A DNA stretch of 64,000 nt from Octopus vulgaris (Eukaryota). The translations under genes and the position numbers were made by a program. The stretch covers positions 42,160,001 through 42,224,000 of the forward strand of contig OX597829.1 in the NCBI GenBank assembly GCA_951406725.2, in the 5' to 3' direction. The notes under the pieces are model-generated. The model did no database searches. It saw only the letters and a program-made list of their open reading frames with translations, and was not told the origin of the DNA. This document shows, piece by piece, positions 58,921-64,000 of this stretch. How positions within the stretch are numbered: the stretch's first letter is position 1; each line of letters opens with the position of its first letter.

Positions 58921-59004
58921 AGGTACCTCCATTCTGGCTGCCTAATCTCGATACACACATACTTACAGCCTTTTTGTGTAACACACAGTAATTTTTTTTG
59001 TTCC

Positions 59005-59294
59005 TTTTCGAGCTATGCCTGGATCATAGGGCTGGTTTCCCGGTTTCTTTGGCGTATAGGTTCCCCGCCTGGACAAGGATACCGGTCCGTCGCAGGTGAG
59101 CTGCAAGATGCAGGAGGAAAGAGTGAGAGAAAGTTGTGGCGAAAGAGTCAGCAGAAGTTCGCCATAATTTCTGCCGGAGCGGCGTGGAGCTTAGGTGTTT
59201 CGCTCATAAACACACACATCGCCCGGTCTGAGATTCGAACCCGCCATCCATTGACCGTGAGTCCGTTGCTCTAATCACTAGACCATGTGCCTCC
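59005..59294 (-). mobile_element. SINE family D, second tail type
   Basis: Head ggaggcacatggtctagtgattagagcaacggactcacggtcaatggatggcgggttcgaatctcagaccgggcg is related to the heads ending at 24074 and 61713; the 3' half is unrelated to either. Confidence 0.75.
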
Positions 59295-59517
59295 ACAATA
59301 CGTTGCATAAGTAAATAAAATTAGTAAACTACCGTTTTGAAATATAACTATGATCACTTGGTCACCGCGCAATATAATTCAATCACATTAGGTAAACCAT
59401 AGCCAATTGGCTAACAGGAGAACCCACCCACCGTTAAAGGCTAAGGCATTCTCAGAGATAAAAAACACTTAGGTTCACACTTGTAGCTTACACGTTAATA
59501 CAGAAATAAAATATACA

Positions 59518-59574
<57 letters not shown>

Positions 59575-59764
59575 GAACGATTTGGGGTCGGCTGAAGCAA
59601 CTGAAACTATGTATTTGTTCTTGAGATGTTCTAATTGTTAATTCTTACCTGTATTCACCCGATGAAACCGTTTTTTTACTTCTTTTTTGCATGAGGTAAC
59701 ACTTGGGTTCATCACTGGATACATACAAACGTGCATACATATGCACACACACACACACACACAC

Positions 59765-59809
<45 letters not shown>

Positions 59810-59891
59810 ATTTTTTCACGCCCAATAAAATATTACTGCAGCACATGCAGGAACACGAATATCCTAATAATGCATTCTAATCCTGTTTGTA

Positions 59892-59934
<43 letters not shown>

Positions 59935-60456
59935 GGGGTGTTGCTGTGTTTGTGAGTGTGTATAAATACTAATTTCAGTACAAATATTCTGATAGTATAA
60001 GAGATATATGCTGCATATTTGCATAAATACCTATGTATTGTACAATATACATACCTAATATATTAACTCTATTAAGACTACACCTGGTGGTTATAACCAA
60101 TGTACAATAAAGGGGAAGCAATGAATTCTACATTTCTTGAATGATTACTTGTGTTTTTACATCATCTGCACCGACTTAGACACATTTATCCAAATGCCTG
60201 AATCACACCTATTAATGAAACGACGGTTGAATAATTGCGAAAATATTTGCATGAAACTATCGGCACCATATTAACAATATTATAATTTTAACACACATGT
60301 ACACAGTGACACACAGACACACAGACACACACACACATGCAATATATATATATTAGTTGAGTAAATACGTAAACATTCTTTTACTGTTTCAGTCATTTGA
60401 CTGCGGCCATGCTGGAGCACCGCTTCAAAGAATTTTAGTCGGACGAATTAAGCCCA

Positions 60457-60515
<59 letters not shown>

Positions 60516-60533
60516 CATGTGTATGCATGCATA

Positions 60534-60619
<86 letters not shown>

Positions 60620-61229
60620 CACACACACATATATATAGGGCGAAATGGAAGAGAGAAAAAGAGAGAAAATGGGAGTTTTGCAGTTATGTATACAATGGGA
60701 AAATACATTTCCCTTAAAATAAAAGCAATATTTGCCCTTGTGTATTGATTGTTACTGATGTTTAGTTCTTGCTTGTTCCTGCTATGAAACGTATTGCCCC
60801 TTGGGCAATCCGCATCTCATTAAAATAAAAATTTGTTTGCTATTTCTCTAACATAAAAGCTTCCCCGCTGTCTCTATTCAAATAAGTTTTAGATTTATCG
60901 GCGGTGCCTCGGCATGGCCACAGCCTTTAGGCTGTAACGTATAAAAGAATATAACAGCGAGACAATCATGAATACGCCGTAGCTTTGGTTATGTAGCACT
61001 AAATAGGCTCTGATCAAGCAGAGTTTTTGGTAATCGTATTCGTTTATTCAGATATGGCATTCTTTTGCACACTTGCATGCTTTTAGTTCATTGGTTGCTT
61101 GTAATTCGTTACTATTGCATAGGAGTGAATAGGAGTCAGTATCATGTAGGTACTTTTTTTTTCCGTTCGTATAGCAAATTTGAGTTTAATAGAATACAGT
61201 GTTATATATAATATTTTGATAATAGTTCG

Positions 61230-61371
61230 TAGGCAGAGGTGTGGATGTGTGGAAAGAAGTTTGCTTCCCAACAATATGATCCCGGGTTCAGTCCCACTGC
61301 CTGGCACTCTGCGCAAGTGTCTTCTAGTATAGCTTCGGGCCGTCAGTGGATTTGGTAAACGGAAACTGAAA

Positions 61372-61420
<49 letters not shown>

Positions 61421-61714
61421 TCACGTGATTCCGTGACCGACCAGACCATCAGATGTTGCTACACATCGCTGGTCACAATGCGTTCGCATTGTTTTAGCCT
61501 TCGAATGACGCCACCCCGCTGGCTAAGCGAGCAGGCCAACAGAAGAAAGAGTGAGAGAAAGAGTACAGCAGGGATCAGCACCCCTGCCGGAGCCTCGTGG
61601 AGCTTTTAGGTGTTTTCGTTCAATAAACACTCACAACGCCCGGTCTAGGAAATCGAAACCGCGATCCTACGACCGCGAGTCCGCTGCCTTAACCACTAGG
61701 CCATTGCGCTTCCA

Positions 61715-61781
<67 letters not shown>

Positions 61782-62020
61782 GTGGATGTGTGTGTGTTCT
61801 TTGTTTCTGTGTTTCCCCTTACCACCGCTTGACAACAAATGTTGGTATGTTTACATCCCCGATAATTAGCGGTTCAGCAAAAAAAAAAAGGCTAATCGAA
61901 TAAGTACCAGTTTTAAAGAAGGGAAAAGAAAAGAAATACTGGGCTTAATTCGTCCGACTAAAACTCATTGAAGCGGTGCTCCAGCATGGCCGCAGTCAAA
62001 TGACTGACACAGTAAAAGAA
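61230..62020 (+). mobile_element. Old SINE A split at its internal microsatellite by a SINE D insertion
   Basis: A head at 61230-61372, D element at 61419-61713 on the minus strand, A 3' half at 61790-62020. Confidence 0.7.
61419..61713 (-). mobile_element. SINE family D, third tail type
   Basis: Head nearly identical to 23920-24074 (gcgcaatggcctagtggtta.ggcagcggactcgcggtcg..ggtttcgatt). Confidence 0.8.
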
Positions 62021-62784
62021 TGTTTACGTATTTTACTCAACTAAATTGTCCTTTAATCGTTCATGTTCTTCGTTTCTGCTGAAGAATTTTGTATTTGACT
62101 ATAGAGTCTTCAATACTTATATACGTCCATTTCGATTTACGAGAAACTCAGCTGTGTGTGGCATTTCAGCATTCGATATGAAACGAGGGAGGGAGAGAGG
62201 GAGAGAGAGAGAGAGAGGGAGAGAGAGAGAGAGAGAGAGAGGGAGACAGTGAGGGGGGAAATATTTTAGCTAAAACAGAAGTCTGGATAAGACATATGAA
62301 GACAATTCACAAAGCAGTTTCTTTTCTTTTTCTGCATTTCTTCTGTCACTCTTCAGACCGTATGTTGCATAAGAGGGATCCAGCATAAGCCAGAAACCCT
62401 TCCAGCACCCCTTCGTAATACCGGCTATTCCAACCGATCATGTGACCGAGCTATAGAAGAATACACACACACGCGCGCGCGCGCATTCACACAAAGCTAA
62501 GCTGATAGAAAATTTAACGAAGTGTTAGACACCTATATTGAGCAGTCAACGAGGAACTTACTATGAAATCACTCCACAGAGTCATCACCTGATATCATAC
62601 CTTAGCATTTTAAGCATAGAAAAGAAAATACAGCGTTGTTATAAGGTAATCTGATCGTAGATATATCCCTCTAACAAAGGTATAGTCACGGTTGACTAGG
62701 CATATGAAGGTGTTCAGCAAGATTCATCTCAGTTTTGTATACTGAGTTACGTCCCCCTGATGACACATTTCAACATCTTAAAAC

Positions 62785-62915
62785 TATCATCATTGTTCGA
62801 CCGTGGTCGAGACAATGGAATTTACCATGCTACGCCAGACTTCACGGTCCATCATGGCATTACGGAGGTCCTGTTGCTGGATGCCTGTATCCCTGGAGAT
62901 TACATCAGCAACGTC
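62785..62915 (-). mobile_element. 3' end of an RTE-type LINE, 5' truncated
   Basis: Minus-strand peptide DVISRDTGIQQQDLRNAMMDREVWRSMVNSIVSTTVEQ* has the RTE-like C-terminal A.DR..WR motif, followed by a tgatga tail. Confidence 0.7.
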
Positions 62916-62951
62916 AGCAACAATAAACAACAACAAAAATACATACTGGGT

Positions 62952-63161
62952 ACTCTCTACTCTTTTACTTATTTCAGTCATTTGAATGCGGCCATGCTGG
63001 AGCACCGCCTTTTTAGTCGCGCAAATCGACTCCAGGACTTATTCTTTGTAAGCCTAGTACATATTCTATCGGTCTCTTTTGCCGAACCACTAAGTTACAT
63101 GACGTAAACACACCAGCATCGGTTGTTAAATGATTTCGGGGGCACAAACACAGACACACAA

Positions 63162-63204
<43 letters not shown>

Positions 63205-63361
63205 CATATATACGACGGGCTTCTTTCAGTTTCCATCTACTAAATCCACTCACAAGGCTTTGGTCGGCCCGGGGCTATAGTAGAAGACACTTGCCCAAGG
63301 TACCACGCAGTGGGACTGAACCCGGAAACATGTGGTTGGTAAGCAAGCTGCTTACCACACA
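62952..63361 (-). mobile_element. SINE family A, slightly 5' truncated
   Basis: Matches consensus to ..cttaccacaca. Confidence 0.88.
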
Positions 63362-63439
63362 AGATGGGATACCAATGGAAATCTACCATCATAGGCCTAG
63401 AAGATTACGGCTCACTAACAACGAAAAACAACGAAAACA

Positions 63440-63440
<1 letters not shown>

Positions 63441-63529
<89 letters not shown>

Positions 63530-63578
63530 AACTACTACTACAACTACTACTGCCATTGCTGCTGGTACTACCACCACC

Positions 63579-63659
<81 letters not shown>

Positions 63660-63695
63660 GCTGCTGCTGCAGCTGCTAATACTACTACCACTGCT
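63441..63695. repeat. (CTA)n/(CTG)n/(CCA)n trinucleotide tract
   Basis: Direct reading. Confidence 0.9.
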
Positions 63696-64000
63696 ACAAA
63701 AAGGGCTTACACTATAGTTAATTTTCATGGGTCAATAAAAAAAAGCCATCTAAATGATACAAGAAAGCTTAAGAAGCAATAACTCCTTCGGTGTTCTTGG
63801 AAATTTTAGAAATAGCTGTCATATTCCCTAAAATTACCGCCACTTCCCTCCCCCAACTATTCAAATCATATAAAGCACTGATACTTTTGGGCCTTGCACA
63901 GATAAATACTTAGGCCAATGCACGACTGGAATACCTATTTCTTTATTACCCACAAGGGGCTAAACATAGAGGGGACAAACAAGGACAGACATAGATATTA

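Noticed and set aside
63123-63782. 219-aa Thr/Ala-rich mucin-like ORF
   Set aside because: It starts inside a SINE and runs through a trinucleotide microsatellite, with no domain or splice evidence.

Overview
AT-rich animal DNA with no recognisable host protein-coding gene, most likely intronic or intergenic. The repeat families look like those I recall from Octopus genomes, but that is inference and not checked. Much of the window is microsatellite ((TA)n, (CA)n, (TATG)n, (TATC)n, (AG)n, (AAT)n), and nearly all supplied ORFs are translations of microsatellites or SINEs. Between the tracts are four tRNA-headed SINE families (A-D, my labels), two Tc1/mariner remnants, Helitron- and Helentron-like non-autonomous elements, an RTE-type LINE 3' end and a near full-length U6 snRNA retrocopy fused to a SINE. 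The strongest unexplained signal is about a dozen dispersed minimal type-I hammerhead ribozyme motifs from several short Penelope-like repeat families. Many carry a recurring non-canonical core (CCGANGA, i.e. U4C; in one family also A6U), and several sit in fold-back inverted repeats. Coordinates were read by eye and may be off by a few bases.
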